Below are positions 42,084-55,400 of a stretch of 64,000 nucleotides of DNA, one piece after another. Position 1 is the stretch's first letter, and every line of letters starts with the position of its first letter. Under the pieces are notes generated by a model. It ran no database searches, was not told where the DNA came from, and worked only from the letters and a program-made list of their open reading frames with translations. The DNA comes from Catajapyx aquilonaris (lineage: Eukaryota). The stretch spans positions 62,001-126,000 of the forward strand of contig KZ538385.1 of NCBI GenBank assembly GCA_000934665.2. The letters are read 5' to 3'. Both the position numbers and the translations under genes were made by a program.

Positions 42084-42436
42084 TATTATGCTATTCACGA
42101 GTCCTGGCCTGTTAGGCTCCTCCCCCGTCCTCCGCCCTCTGAAGGCGAGGTTGCCACGTCCGCGTCCGCCATGGCCTCACACGCCTGCCAGGAGGATGGG
42201 GGAGAGCACTTGGCAGCAGTGGATCGCATTGGGAAGGGGGGGGGGGGGGGGGAAANGGGGGGGACAACCAGGCCTGGAAATACGACGAACCACCTATCCC
42301 TTGTTGAGACCGAACCCCGCACCAATGGCTCCGACTCGCGAGAATCACGAGCATTCCAGGCCTGATTTCTTCCGCCGCTGACGTTGGGAGGAGGTAGGTG
42401 GAGCCTAATAGGCCAGGACTCGTGAATCGCATAATA
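42084..42436. mobile_element. MITE-like element with 37-bp terminal inverted repeats
   Basis: TATTATGCTATTCACGAGTCCTGGCCTGTTAGGCTCC (42084-42120) matches the reverse complement of 42400-42436 at 35/37 positions. GC-rich non-coding interior; outer ends are TA. Confidence 0.75.
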
Positions 42437-45400
42437 TGTGAATGGAAGCATCCCATTAGCAATTGAAAGGATAGGCATAGAAATGTTAACCCTTGACCTG
42501 ATATACAAAATTTCAATTCACCATAATACGACTAACTTTACCCGTCGATTTTGTGGGGGAGAAAATTCAGGATTTAATACCATGAATTTCGTTTTATTTA
42601 ATTACCTTTCCGTTCCTAAGCGGTAACTAACAGTCAGTTTTGGTATGGCCACCCCCCAGGGGAGTGACCACGAACCCCTGCTTGTTCCTAGGGTGGGAGG
42701 CATAAAACAAACAATTGCAATGTGCATGGAATGCCCCCCCCCNCCCCGGCTGTAAATTGAATGGGTCGGATTAAGTTGCCGTCATCACCGGATGTAAATG
42801 GATCTTGACGCTAATTGGCCTCCGAGCGTGCTGCCAATTCGGACTTAACAATCGGACCGCTGCAAAGTAACACCCCCTGTTACTCATTACTCGTTTGAAT
42901 TACATCGACGCCCTGTCAATGATTATATGCTTCGGGTATTTTTTTTTTTTTGCCCCGAAAAACCCAGCGATGACAGTGTTATTAATACGTGAGGGTCAGG
43001 ACCGAGCAGGTTTCAGTTTTAATCTTGTTATTTAATGGCGCTGTGATGGATACGCATAATCGTAACGACAAATTATGACTGCTATCTGCTCCATTCAATC
43101 GCATCGTAAACTCCGCATTATGGAGAACCATTTGTCATATTTTTTGGGGTGGGTGGGGTGTGGGGGACACTGGGTGGAGAATTGTCCAATTGCCGCTTCT
43201 TGATGGACATTTAGACTGATGGATACATTTTTAACGCCTTTTTGTTGCCAAAATTTTAGCCGAATTTTACCCCCCCAGCTCGGGATGTATTTTTTTTTTT
43301 GTGCCCCTAGGTCCATAATCAGTTTTGGCCGAATTCAATAGGGCAGAAGAGTGTATTATGACGTCATAACTCGGGGAGAAGCGAGGGTCGTGAACCTGTG
43401 TGAATGCAGGCAAGTGCTGCCGTATTTTGGGGAACAAAATGATGCCCTAACAGGTGGTGCAACGTGCGGTAAAATATTTTCGTGCGAAAAAGAGTGCGCA
43501 GAACATTTTCTGTAAATATTATTTCTACAGCCAGAGAATGGCACTGACATCACAAGCACGATTGTGACATAAAAGTTTGGTTAAACATTTTATTTTATTT
43601 TCATTACGTATATAACTGGTTGTGTATTAGCCGTTCGGTTGTTAACATTTTTTTTTTTGCTTAATTTTAATGCAATTTAATTGAAGCAAATTTGGTTACT
43701 ACATAGAGTAAACAATCCGTGGCAGTTTGTATGGAAATGTGACGCTTGCTCGGGGGTTTAACGTTTCTTCAAATTCCATTTTTGGGGGGCGAGGGCAGAG
43801 ACTCTCTAATGAGCGGTACCTGCACGTGGCGGGTTTAGCGCCGTTAAAATCTCAGTTTTACATACAAAGCGCGTCCTTTTCCTCTCATTTTTTTTTTACC
43901 CTCCCATCCTCCCTCGAGCTCTTGATAGCCCACCATTTGCAGAATTGTCCGTTTTGTCAAAAACCGCTTTTGCTGCAAACTAGCACGATCATTTTTGGCA
44001 AAGTACTTGGCATGTTGTACATTTAACGAGCGGCCCAAGCAGCCTGTAATTAGTCTTAATCATTTGGTGCGAAACCTACTGTACGCCACATGATGTTACC
44101 AGCAAGTGGTGACAACTGAGGCACTAGTAAATTTTGGGGGGGTTTTTTGTTGAATTATTCAGGGATGTGAATAATAGGTCCTCAGACGCACATTCTTTAC
44201 GGCTGGATTTTGCGGAGGCCGAATTTTTTTCCCCGAGGGGGTTCAAACATTATAAAAAAGAGCCCTTGGCCTCTCTCTGGGCTTACTCCAACAGGCTGCT
44301 TGGGCCTGGCCTTTGGGACCGTTTCCAAAGCATCGGACCTCTTGTCCAAGTCCAGCCTCTTGATGCCAAGTGGGCCGACCTTTGTGCTCAGTACACGACA
44401 GAAGGCCTCCCTGGAATCAGACCGAAAGAGACGTCGAGACACACAAGGAAGGTCGAGAGAGTTTAAAAAAAAAATGACAGAAATTTTGCGGAAGGAATCT
44501 AGCCTGTGCCTAATGGAGATTAGAGTTGCCCTTTATCTCTCTTGTCTGTGCCACTGGGAAACTACTGCCAACTAAACTTTCTGGTAGGAGGCCCCCCCAG
44601 CCCAGGGTGTTTTCAAAGGGAATAGTCTGGGTTGAATGTGTTGGGAAATACAAAGGTACAAATGATGCGGATCAAAAACGATGTTTGATCTGAGAATTGA
44701 TAGAAGGAAAAAGGGGGAGGGCTTCCAGGCAAAAAAAATATATAGTCGAGTCCTTTTTGGTGGGAGGTACGAAAAGTTAGAGGCGAAAATTTCAAAGTGA
44801 AGCGGATAGGCTTGGCTTTTACTTTGTGTGAATCGAATTTGTTTTATAGGTTTCAGATATGGGGCTGAAGAAGGAGGGGGAAAAAAGTATGAGGGAAGTG
44901 CAATATCCGCGACGTCAATAACAAGAGAAAATATGAGAATATTTTGATATTGTGAGATTATTGTTACATTTTTCCCCCAATCTGCAGTGTTAGACCTGCA
45001 TCACTTTTAAAAACAAAACACACACAGGGCGAGCCTACCTTTCTTTCCGTGGCTAAATAATTATTTCGCATTTTTGCGAAAGTGCGGGGTTGTTTCCCAG
45101 GCGTGTAAAACTTTCCTGTTGGGAAAACACCGCATCACATGAAAGCACCGCAGTTGACATGTACACAAGCCGCAAAAATTATTTTCACGGCGCAGCGCAA
45201 GTAAGCACCAAAAAAAAACAACAAGTACTGCATGGAAGTTGCATATACGGAAAAGTTTTGCATATTTTATTTTAAAAAGAGCTAGCTCATTATTTTCATT
45301 GTATGGCTATAGTATAAGCTACCCTGGTGTAATTTTAACTATCTGAATACTCAGTTACTTTTGTTTAAAAAAATTATTTTAACGATTTATTGAATCTGCT

Positions 45401-48400
45401 TGTTCGTTTTACACTTTGTTTTATCAATTATGTAGTTCAGGATATATGCTAATTTTCCCCATCATTGCTAGGCACAATTTTAATTTCATAAACTCATATG
45501 GAATGAAAACAACTCAAAATGAGCAGTTTACCTCTACCATAATATTATGGACTGGTTACGTAAACACTTATTTAGGATTACGTATACATCATAAGTACAA
45601 GTACATTTTCATGTTTATATAATTATTTTATTTATTTATTTTTCTTACCCTGTGGGCACAATGGCCAATGGGGGAGATAGCCAAAGGCAGCAATATGTTT
45701 GCATACACAAAAGAATTCAATATCTGTTTATATAATTATATGGCCGATAATGACTTTCAGTGCTTGCACTGGTCGCTTTGAATAATTTGTATGATTTTTA
45801 ATGATTGTTTATGTTAGGTCAAAATACGCTAATTTAGGATTGCGTGTTGTGTCACCTGTAATTACACATTTTCCCCAGGATGTTATAATACGCTATTTTG
45901 ACTATATCGAAATTAGTTTCTCATTAAATAATCATTACTCGCCTGTATATATACAGGAATGCTTTGTGCTCCTGGCGTTTAAATTGCGCATCTCGTTAGT
46001 AGCTCTTTTCTTCAAAAAAATAATTTATCCGGGTAGTGTTGCAGCAGCTCGACCGCAACTAGGGAGGTTTAGACAAGTTCCGGGGCCTGGTAAAACCGCA
46101 TTTGTGGGTCCGGATGCGGTCCGGGTCCGGACTGAGGGAAAGGAGTTGGGCGTAAAACGGAGGAGGGACTAGGAAGTGGTTGACCCCATATTTGAGTTCT
46201 ACTTGAAATCCTCTCCCGTCTACTTTTAGGAGGGGGGGTCCTCCTCCTCTCTCCTCCTCTCTTCCCTTCCTAACATCCCTCCCCAAAGTTTGCACGGAAG
46301 CTCAGGCTGGGAGGCTGGGGAGGACCTCAACTTTATTGATCTGTCTCACCAACACAAGATAGAACGTTTTCGGTGGGGACCTTGCATCTTTCTCTCTTGA
46401 CGTTCGTTTCGTCACGTCCTGTCATCCCACGTGTGAAGGATTTTCCTGCCAAGATGGGGATGGAAACTAATATGGCGACGGTTGGGGGTTGATACAGCAA
46501 CCCGATTTGTAGGCACGTGTTGCTTTGGAGGTTGAGACTGTGGACGTACTACAAAATATTTCATATATGTGGCGCGTCATCTCTGCTGACAAATAGCCGA
46601 TTCTCCTAATAGGCTTATTCTCTCCGTCGGACGTTTGGCAGGAGTGTGCAGAGGAAGTGTGCGCCATCTATGCGTGAAGAATGCTACTATGTGGTAAATC
46701 GGCGGACCGTCTCAGATTGCCACCGTCGTACTGATTTTGGCAATGGTCTCACTAGTTTATCCTAATTGCACCTTTTTTTTTTTTTGCAGCTGTGTGTGTT
46801 ACGGTCCGATAAAAAAAAATCGAGGGGGGCGATAATGTATTTGAAATGGTGTATAAAAAGACAACAAGTCAGGCCATTCCTTTTGTTCCGAATCCCTCGA
46901 AACACATACCGATAGCATGGCTGTTTTCCAGAGAGTTCGCTGAAAACTGCAGCAGTGAAACAATTTCGAGGCCGGGGCTGATAACGGAAATAATTTCAAT
47001 TCGAGAAGACAGGAGCCTCGACACTCGAATCGCTTTCCGTTGCCAAAAAATTTGGCAAAGGATACGGTTGAAAAAAAATTCTCGGCGTTAAAAAAAAGGG
47101 GGTGGGGGGGGGGGGACTTTGTGTGTGTGTGGGTGTGTGTGACAGTGGGAATCCATTAACCACACAGTGCTACAAATCCAATGAGCTTCTTACATTCCGG
47201 CTGTAACTAGTATGGAAATCCAGGAGATTTTGTACGTTTGCGGGTGACCTTTGTGGGCCAAGTTTACCCCCCGTGATGGTACGCAAAAAAAAATTGCGGT
47301 GCGTAACTTTCCACTACCCGTATTTTTTTTGCACAACCCCGGAGCATGTAACAAACAAACTGGAAGTGAAATTGCGCACACTTTTTAGTCCGTCTTTCTC
47401 CGTACAAAAACACGTCATCGGTCATTCCATACTTTAAACTCCAAAAAAAAAGTGTTTGTTGTAAAAAAAAAAATTGTCACGGGAGGAAAAACCGGGCTCA
47501 ACAAAAAACTGGTTATAGGTCAGGTTTCCCCCCCTCTTTTTTTAAAACGGCCCACCGAGCCCTAATTAATAAATGTGAGCCTAATTAATTTAAGCACCGT
47601 GGCTCCACCCCCCCCCCCCTCCTCTCTGCTGCCCTCCCCCTGAATAAAGAGGGAGGGAAGCGTTGCCATTTGACTGCAGCTTGCCGCGGGTTAATTGGTC
47701 AAAAAACTGTGCAAAAAGAGAGGGGGGGGGGGGAGCAGCCAAAATGTTGAAGGCAGCAGGCAAATTTTGCATGCTCGCAAAAAAAAACCCAAAAAAAACT
47801 TTAGGATCTATCTCATCAGGATTTAACGTGGCTTGCGGGAATTAGCGGTGTGTCGACCTGCTCTTTTTCTCAGATTCAGAAGCTGGTCCACCCCCCTCTT
47901 TTTTTGGGAGGGCAAATTTTTGCAAAAAAGAAAAGAGGGGGGGGGGGGCATGTTTTATTAAGGGAGAGTTTTAACCCAGAGGGGCTTTAGTAATGTGTGT
48001 GTTATTGCGTGAAATGGAGAGGATGGTAAGTTTTAACGGAGGAAGGTTGAATATTTTAGCTTGTTGTTTTGGGATTGTAGGTTTTTGTGTGTTTGATCGG
48101 CATGTTCACTAAATTATTTTGCTAAATTTTGGCGAAAAGGAGGGGGCTGATTTATCAATTGAAAGAAAAAAATGGCAGATTCGACAAAATTGGAGATTTT
48201 CTGATTAATTTGTGGCTTTTGAAGGCCTCGTAAACAAAAAAAAGGAGCAAGATTAGTGCACTTGTAGGCGGAAATTGCGATTCCGGTCATACACTGAATT
48301 ATTGCCAATTACAGCATTGGCAGAGGTCTAATTAGGTTATCCAGCATTGAACGTGGGAAGAAAAATGGAAAAAAAAGCAACAAGACCGAAAAAATTTCTG

Positions 48401-50413
48401 AGTCTGATCAAGAGGCGGAAAATTTTTCCAGTTATTTTATGGGGAAAAAGGTCCTGGATTATGCGCATAATTACATTTGCATATTCAAGCACAATATTTA
48501 TTTACGCTTTTATTTATTTACCCTTGATGGCTATAGTACAATACAGTGTGCACTACATCTGTACGGATACAAGTTGTATTTTTGTGCGTGGAAAGAGCCA
48601 GAGAATTAAAATTTATTAAAAAAAAAATACTGCGAACCCTGAGCCACTGTAGCGTTCAGTAATTAAGTTAACTAATTAATATACCATGTTTCAGATACTA
48701 TAAGCACCTAATATGATATAAAATCTGAACCAATGTTCCTGTAGCTCGCCCACCTGAACTCGACAGTTTCCGTGCACTGTTTTGCTTTGCATTGTGGCGT
48801 GTAATGTACTGTAACCTAATTAAATGGTTTTTAGCTACAGGGTAACACCAAAAGAATCATTTAAAAAGGGGGGGAGGAAAATGCGCACGTTTTGATTGGT
48901 TGCTATTATTGAGTTGCTTCATACTTTTAACTGGTTGTTAATAGTTAACTGCTGTTTAATTTTCTTCGTGATTTGACGCAACCCGCGCAGTAAATATTTT
49001 TGGTGACCTTTTTTTTTCATCCTGTGAGAGGAGCAACCTGCAGAGAACGAGTGTCTGGTTGCATAACTGGCAGGACACACGAGTAATATTGGTTCTAGAC
49101 GCAAGGGAGCGTGGAAAAATAAACTCCCAAGAGAAATATGATACTTGATTGGATCTGAGGTGTTTGCAAGGCAGGTCTCATATTTCCTATATCTATATAT
49201 ATATTTTTTCACTCGCTATATATATTATTTGTAAAAGTCCTGTGCTATAGCTTGGGGGGGGGGGGGGTCNCCGGGGCCTTTTGCCTCTTTCCTCTTTTGC
49301 CATCACCCGACGATCGATTTCCGGAGGCTCCCGGGGAGGAAGTTACGGGACAAGAAAACGCAGGGTTTGCCCTTGGCTTGAGAGGGGGGGGGAGGGGGGG
49401 GGGGAATCCTTTTTACTCATTCACGAGAGGTTAAGGATGTAAGATAGTTCGATAGTTTGGGATGGTAAATTATGCTTGAAACTGGTTGTAGGTCATGGTT
49501 GGAAAATTTAACAGTCTGTGTGTTTTGAGGCAGGAGCATTAGTAAGCGACAAAAACCGAGACCACCAAATCAAGCCGATTGATCTAGTACACGAGAACTT
49601 ACAAAGTATCATTGTGAATGGCTGTGGTGCGCACTTGGTTGCGATCGCAAAAAAAATCATATAAAATTGTGAAACATTAAAAAAAATCGCAACATGAACT
49701 TCGGAAAAAATTGGTTAAAAAATAAATGAAATGATGGCGAGCGTCAATTCCTTTGGGTGTGGTTATCAGCAAGGTGAATGGTAATCTTCTCAGACTCTTT
49801 TTCCCTGGAGATGCTGGGGGCCTCCCCAACCGAATTACTTCTGAACCGTCCAAGTGGGAAAGGGATCAGCACCTTTCCTTGTCCGACCAATGATACAATT
49901 TATCAACAGTGTTGTTTTTGGATCCTGCGCGGGATCGTTAAGAAAATTCTGCCATTGTTTTTGAAGACTTTGCTTTCAAGGAGGGAAGTTCATAGAGTGG
50001 GTAATAAAGGTCGGTAATGCGATATTAACCATTAGGGGCAACCGCCTCTGTACGCGAATGGTGCAAACACTGTTGAGGTTACGGTGTGAAATACTGTTGT
50101 TTGGTACGGCCCCTGGGTGCGCTGTAAAACTATAGTACTATGGAGGGTTTAGACACCCTCCCTGCGGATGTTTATCGCATGATGGTGTACTTACAGGGTG
50201 AGACGGAACTGCGAGATGGTCCAAACACCAACAGATAATCTGGCAACATCCATAGCTAGATCATACTTTAGTTACTGACTGTAGATAATTTTATACATTT
50301 TCTCAGTTAAAAATGTATCATTGATAACTAGGCACCAACTTGCCAAAATTGGGGAAAAAATTATGCAAAATTGCGAAACTGGAGAGAGAGACGCGGACCA
50401 GGCAGCGACATCC

Positions 50414-50466
50414 GACGGTGAAGTGCCGAAGTAAGACGGTGCTGAAGTAAGACGGTGCTGAAGTGA
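50414..50466 (+). repeat. Short tandem repeat GACGGTGCTGAAGTAA (~16 bp, ~3 copies)
   Basis: gacggtgaagtgccgaagtaa gacggtgctgaagtaa gacggtgctgaagtg. Confidence 0.8.
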
Positions 50467-51889
50467 AAGCGAGTCGCCACCCGGGAGGTGGCGCCCCACG
50501 CCCGGAACGGCGGAAATGGGAATTCCGTGGAAAGGTCGGGTTTTTTTTGAGGCGGTCGGCGTTTTTTTACGTTTTATAAATTCCCTGGACACTATTTTCC
50601 AAGAAAAGGTTTATTGCAAATATAGAAAACGCGGGTTAAATTTTGACCCCACTCCCAATGCTGTAGGCCGTACGGTGCGGGAGGAGTTGTGGGAACAGTC
50701 GTGTGTTAATACTAATATATATTCCAATCGTGCAAGCTGCGCGAACTGTCTTGCGCACGATGTTGCGGTCATAAAATTTTTCCCATCTAATACGTCCACA
50801 GTTGGGAGGAGTGTTTGGCAATGGTTTCACTCTGTAATAACTACACAAATTCACAGTCCAACCACCAATATTGTAACACAAAAAGGTTGGGCCACCCAGC
50901 ATATGGCCATTTGATTTTATTGTCACTCTGTGCTGATGTCAAATTTAGCGCATAAAAATATTCCCGGTCAGAGTAACAAAATTTCAGCATTGTTGATGTG
51001 TTTGGTGCTGATTTTCTCCCATTGGAGGGTTCGCTATTATTGGATCAAGCAATTTGTCCAGTGGTGAGAGAAAAATCGGAGCAGTTTGGCACGTTGGGCA
51101 CTTATTCAGACGCAACAATTGCAATTGCGGTGTGACTTTTTGGGTCATTTAATGCGAGGTCCCCTCTTGGGATGGGTTGGAACTATAGTGAATATCAAAC
51201 AAATTGCTGGTGATGAAATACTAATAGAGCTAATATGTAAGCCAAGCTTACAGGTTCACTGTAGGTCGATTATGCTTGCGGGGTTAATGAAAAGCAATGT
51301 TGAGGAAGCAGAAAGTTTTGTGAATAGAAATGGGGAAGATGAAATATTATGATCTTATAAGGTAGGAGAAGATTGGGTCTGCTAAAAGTTAGCTCCGTTT
51401 TGCTTTTATGTGGAAAATGACATTTCCACTTTATGTGGTTGGGGCAAAATGGAATTTCTAAGCGCTGATTTTTTTTTTTTTTGCTGTAATTGCATTCTTT
51501 GTAACTGGCGAACACAAGTTTTGCGTTTGTTATTAAGCCTCTCGTTTAGGTGGAGTGAACATACATGAATGCGGGGTGTATTTTGAATTTCCCAGATGTG
51601 AATGAAAATCTGTTCATGTCAGGTGCTTCAAACGGTAAATTAAGCTTGAATGCTGCGACAAGTATGACTTTGATGTTAGCGCTTGATGATTTGTAACCTA
51701 CAGTATAAACTGGTTAATTATACAGAATTGAACAGTTATGTGTGCTGGTAAAGTCAAAGTTTAATTAGGCTGTTGCGTGCGTATCAACTTTTAATGGATT
51801 TTCTTTTAGCCCGGCATAGGCCATGTGTACCTTACAAACCCAAATAATGTAGTTGCAACATCCTGATGAGGTTCTTCTCTTGTTTGCAG

Positions 51890-52244
51890 GAGCATAGGCT
51901 GTAACTTGCATTGACACCTGCCATGCTGAGATTGTGTCCTGCCCACTGCGACCATGCGTGATGTGCTGGCCCGTAGTGCAAACTCCCGACCTCGGATTCT
52001 CACCAGTGCAAGATGGCTGAGGCGCTAACCTACTGGAAGCACAACCGGTGGAGAACATTTGAGAGTGTCGGGAGATAGTCCCCAACTTATAAAATGATTA
52101 GCAGTGAGCCGACAAAGTAACCACACACCTGGTGCCATTTTTTTTAAAACACAAGAAACTTGTGCCATATAGCGTCCAAGTGGTGCCAAAAAAGTGTACA
52201 TATACAGTGCGAAGGGGAGAGGAGATGGGCTAAGCACCCTGCGC
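51890..52244 (+). promoter_or_regulatory. 5' UTR part of the first coding exon, with six upstream ATGs/uORFs
   Basis: Strong acceptor ctgatgaggttcttctcttgtttgcag| ending at 51889. uATGs at 51923, 51954, 51961, 52013, 52094 and 52225 each terminate before 52245. Confidence 0.6.
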
Positions 52245-52429
52245 ATGATGTACGATGAACACCGTCGTCCACTGCTGCAGGATGTGGAGGGGCAGGGCTG
52301 GGGCAGGCTCAGGTCATGTCCCACCGCTCGTCTGGGCACGGTCAAGAGATGGGTGGCAGCCTCCCTGGTCCTCAGCCTGATGTCCCTCTTCTACCTCACA
52401 TACTATGTCTCCAACTCGCATTCTTACAG
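52245..52429 (+). CDS. sfl: NDST coding exon 1 (cytoplasmic tail + signal-anchor TM helix)
   Basis: [11 protein letters not shown]...[23 protein letters not shown]. Donor AG|GTAAGC, phase 2, matches the next exon. The start ATG is inferred as the first in-frame ATG. Confidence 0.85.
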
Positions 52430-55400
52430 GTAAGCATCTGAAACTAATCTGGAAAGCATATCATTACAGTATGATATTCACAATATGTAATTAGAAATTT
52501 TCCTTTGATACGACCAGTAACAATTTCATTGTATTATTTAACGTCAGGATGGGAAAGAGCTTTTTTAATGTGCCTCTTTACATTGACTTGGCTGCTCAAT
52601 GTTGCGGCGACACAATCACCTTACGCCATTGCCATTGCCGTTAAGCTCACCGTAAGTTTCCAAGGGAAAAATGGCGGGATAGGTCAAAACTACTGGCCAT
52701 TATGTGCAGCGTTAAGGCTCAACTGTGCTTCCCGACAAAATTGCATCGTTACTTTGAAGAATCACATTTTATCATGGTCAGCGGCTGTGTTACAAGAGTT
52801 GGCTCAAAATTGCTTGGTGTACTTTAGATTTAGCAGAATAATTTCACTAGATGTTAAATGTGTCCTAAGTAAGCTAATGAATGCGTAATACTAGTGTAAT
52901 GCAATTTGCCAATTTTGGTTACCCAGTACATAATTACGAAGAGCGTATGACTCTTGGAGCACGTTGTGTTTCTCTTTAATGCTTTCTTGCCTCCAGCTCC
53001 ATTGCCCTTTTAATAACCCCCGGCTGCAGAGGGGTTATTAACAAGAATCGATGGTTCATATTCTCATTTTATTTGTGTAACCTCTAGTTATGGCGCAGTA
53101 TATTCTTTTTTTACTCTTCATTTAACGACTGAAACGATAGGAACCTAATAGCAAACAAAGGTCAATGAGGCACATGTACAGTAATCGAACAAGGGCCCAT
53201 GCAGAGCTTTATAATCATCCCGTCAATTGTCTGATTGATCACGAGGCTTAGCCTTGTAATAACCCCCCCTCGTTTGGATTTGACTTGATTGACTGATGGA
53301 TTGATTGGCGTCGGTGCAGCTTCATCCGAGGGTCGCGCCCGGAGCCGTCGATACGCTGTGCCCTGCTGGGATCCGGGACAAGGAATCCCATCGGGGGCAA
53401 CCACCACAACACGGAGGCCCAGCTGCGGATAGACCCTCGAGTCCTTGTCTTTGTGGAGACTGCCTATTCCAGGCTCGGGAGGGAGATTGCTGAGCTGCTT
53501 GTGCACAACCGAATGAAGTGAGTCTTTTTGGTTTAACTCATGCATCATATTGGTTACACTGTTGTCTTTTCTCAAGGTACAAAGTGGAAGTGGCAGGGAA
53601 GTCTCTTCCGGTGCTGACCAACCTGGACAAGGGCAAGTTCGGGGTGATAGTGTTTGAGAACTTCACAAAGTACCTGCACATGGACAAATGGAACCGGGAG
53701 CTGCTGGATAAGTACTGTCGGGAGTACCACGTGGGGCTGGTCGGATTCATGCCCCCCCAGGAGGAGAGCCTGGTGGGGGCCCAGCTCAAAGGGTTTCCAG
53801 TGTACGTCCACACAAACCTGAAGCTGAAAGATGCATCGGTCAATCCCGCCTCGCCTGTTTTGAGGCTCACCAGGGCTGGGGACACTGCGTGGGGCCAGCT
53901 GTCTAACGAAGACTGGACCGTCTTCTCGCCCAATCACTCCACATACGAGCCGCTAGCATGGGCCAGCTTGTTGTCTGACGGAGGTTACGTCGATCCAGAG
54001 GCATCAAAGACGCAGCATATCACTGTCCTACAGGTGATTTGGTCTGTCATTACTGTAGGCCTTCATTACCTGATGAAATGACATAAGACGCTCCCCCATT
54101 TCAGTAGATCATATTCGGAGGGGGGGAAAAGTTTTTAGTGCAATAATTTCACATCCAAGATGCATGGCGATTTTTTGAGCAATTTTTTTGAGGGGAAAAC
54201 GCCGTCATACTGTATATGAATATCTGAATGTTACGCAAAGTTAATATGAAGAATGGAGCAACCAGCTGTTATGTGGAACCACGTAAACGGTTAGTTCAAA
54301 ATATTAATGCGGCTAGAACAAACATAATAAATGAGATGGACAGTCGAGCAATGTGTACAGAGCAAAGCCGCATTTTGCACCCACGTACAACAAAAATGAG
54401 CACGCATTTCATTATTATTCATTGATTCGGAGAGGGCAAAATCCACTTTCAGATGACAATAGAAATATATTGTTCCTCTGTGTAATATGCGCATTGCCAT
54501 TGATGGACAATTACGGTTTAAAAAAAAAAAAACTGCGTGTTTCGAAAAAGCATATATTGATCATTACAAGCCTTTTTTTGGGGAGTTGATTAGCAGCCTT
54601 CAAAGTCTCTCAGATTTTTGTGACTAGTAGAATAACAGTAACGAGGCAGTGAATATAAAGCATTGTGTGATGTATTCATATTATGTAGCCAGCCAGTTTG
54701 TCCACTTGTTCTAGTGAACTTTTGTTACCTATGCTGAGGGGAATTTGCTTTCAAATTATTGGCTAAACATGTACAGATTCCGAGCTCTGACAATGATGTT
54801 CGTTAAAAACGAATCGTTAAAATGCAAATGGTTGACTTGTGACAATGAATGTTGGCGAATTGTATAGAGTTTGTTGAGTCTACTCTGCGACTAAGTGTTA
54901 CTTGTTTGTAGAGTAAAAAGCACTTGATGACATGCAATGATGTAATTATTGTTTTTTTAAGGATCACGGCTTGTACGACGACATCCAGCGCATCCTTTTC
55001 GGCAGCGGCCTCCGCTTCTGGCTTCAAAGGCTTCTCTTCCTGGATGCAATGTCTTACCTCAGTCACGGCCGACTCAGTCTCAGCTTGCAGAGGTTCCTTC
55101 TGGTCGATGTGGATGACATTTTTGTTGGAGAAAAAGGAACGAGACTCAAGCGCGAGGATGTTCAAGTATGATGAGCTGGAACAATACTTTCCGCCATTAC
55201 CATACGTGCAAGTTTCACTTAAAATTTGGAGCGATCCATTGTCTATTTAAAAGGTGGAGAGGATTGAAAGTACTTTTATGATCAGAAACTTTGCGGAAAA
55301 CGAAGCAACTGCTCCTGACTTGTTTGTGACGTATTAACGATTTACTGTTCATGTAGTAATTATAACGTTAAAGACACCTGCACAGTGCATATGATACGTC

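Noticed and set aside
42055..42516. Overlapping ORFs on both strands sharing YYAIHESWP / FTSPGLLGS
   Set aside because: Explained by the 37-bp inverted repeats of the MITE, not by coding.
46762..46789. Strong branch point + polypyrimidine + CAG acceptor
   Set aside because: No matching donor or coding frame nearby, and poly-T tracts are common here.
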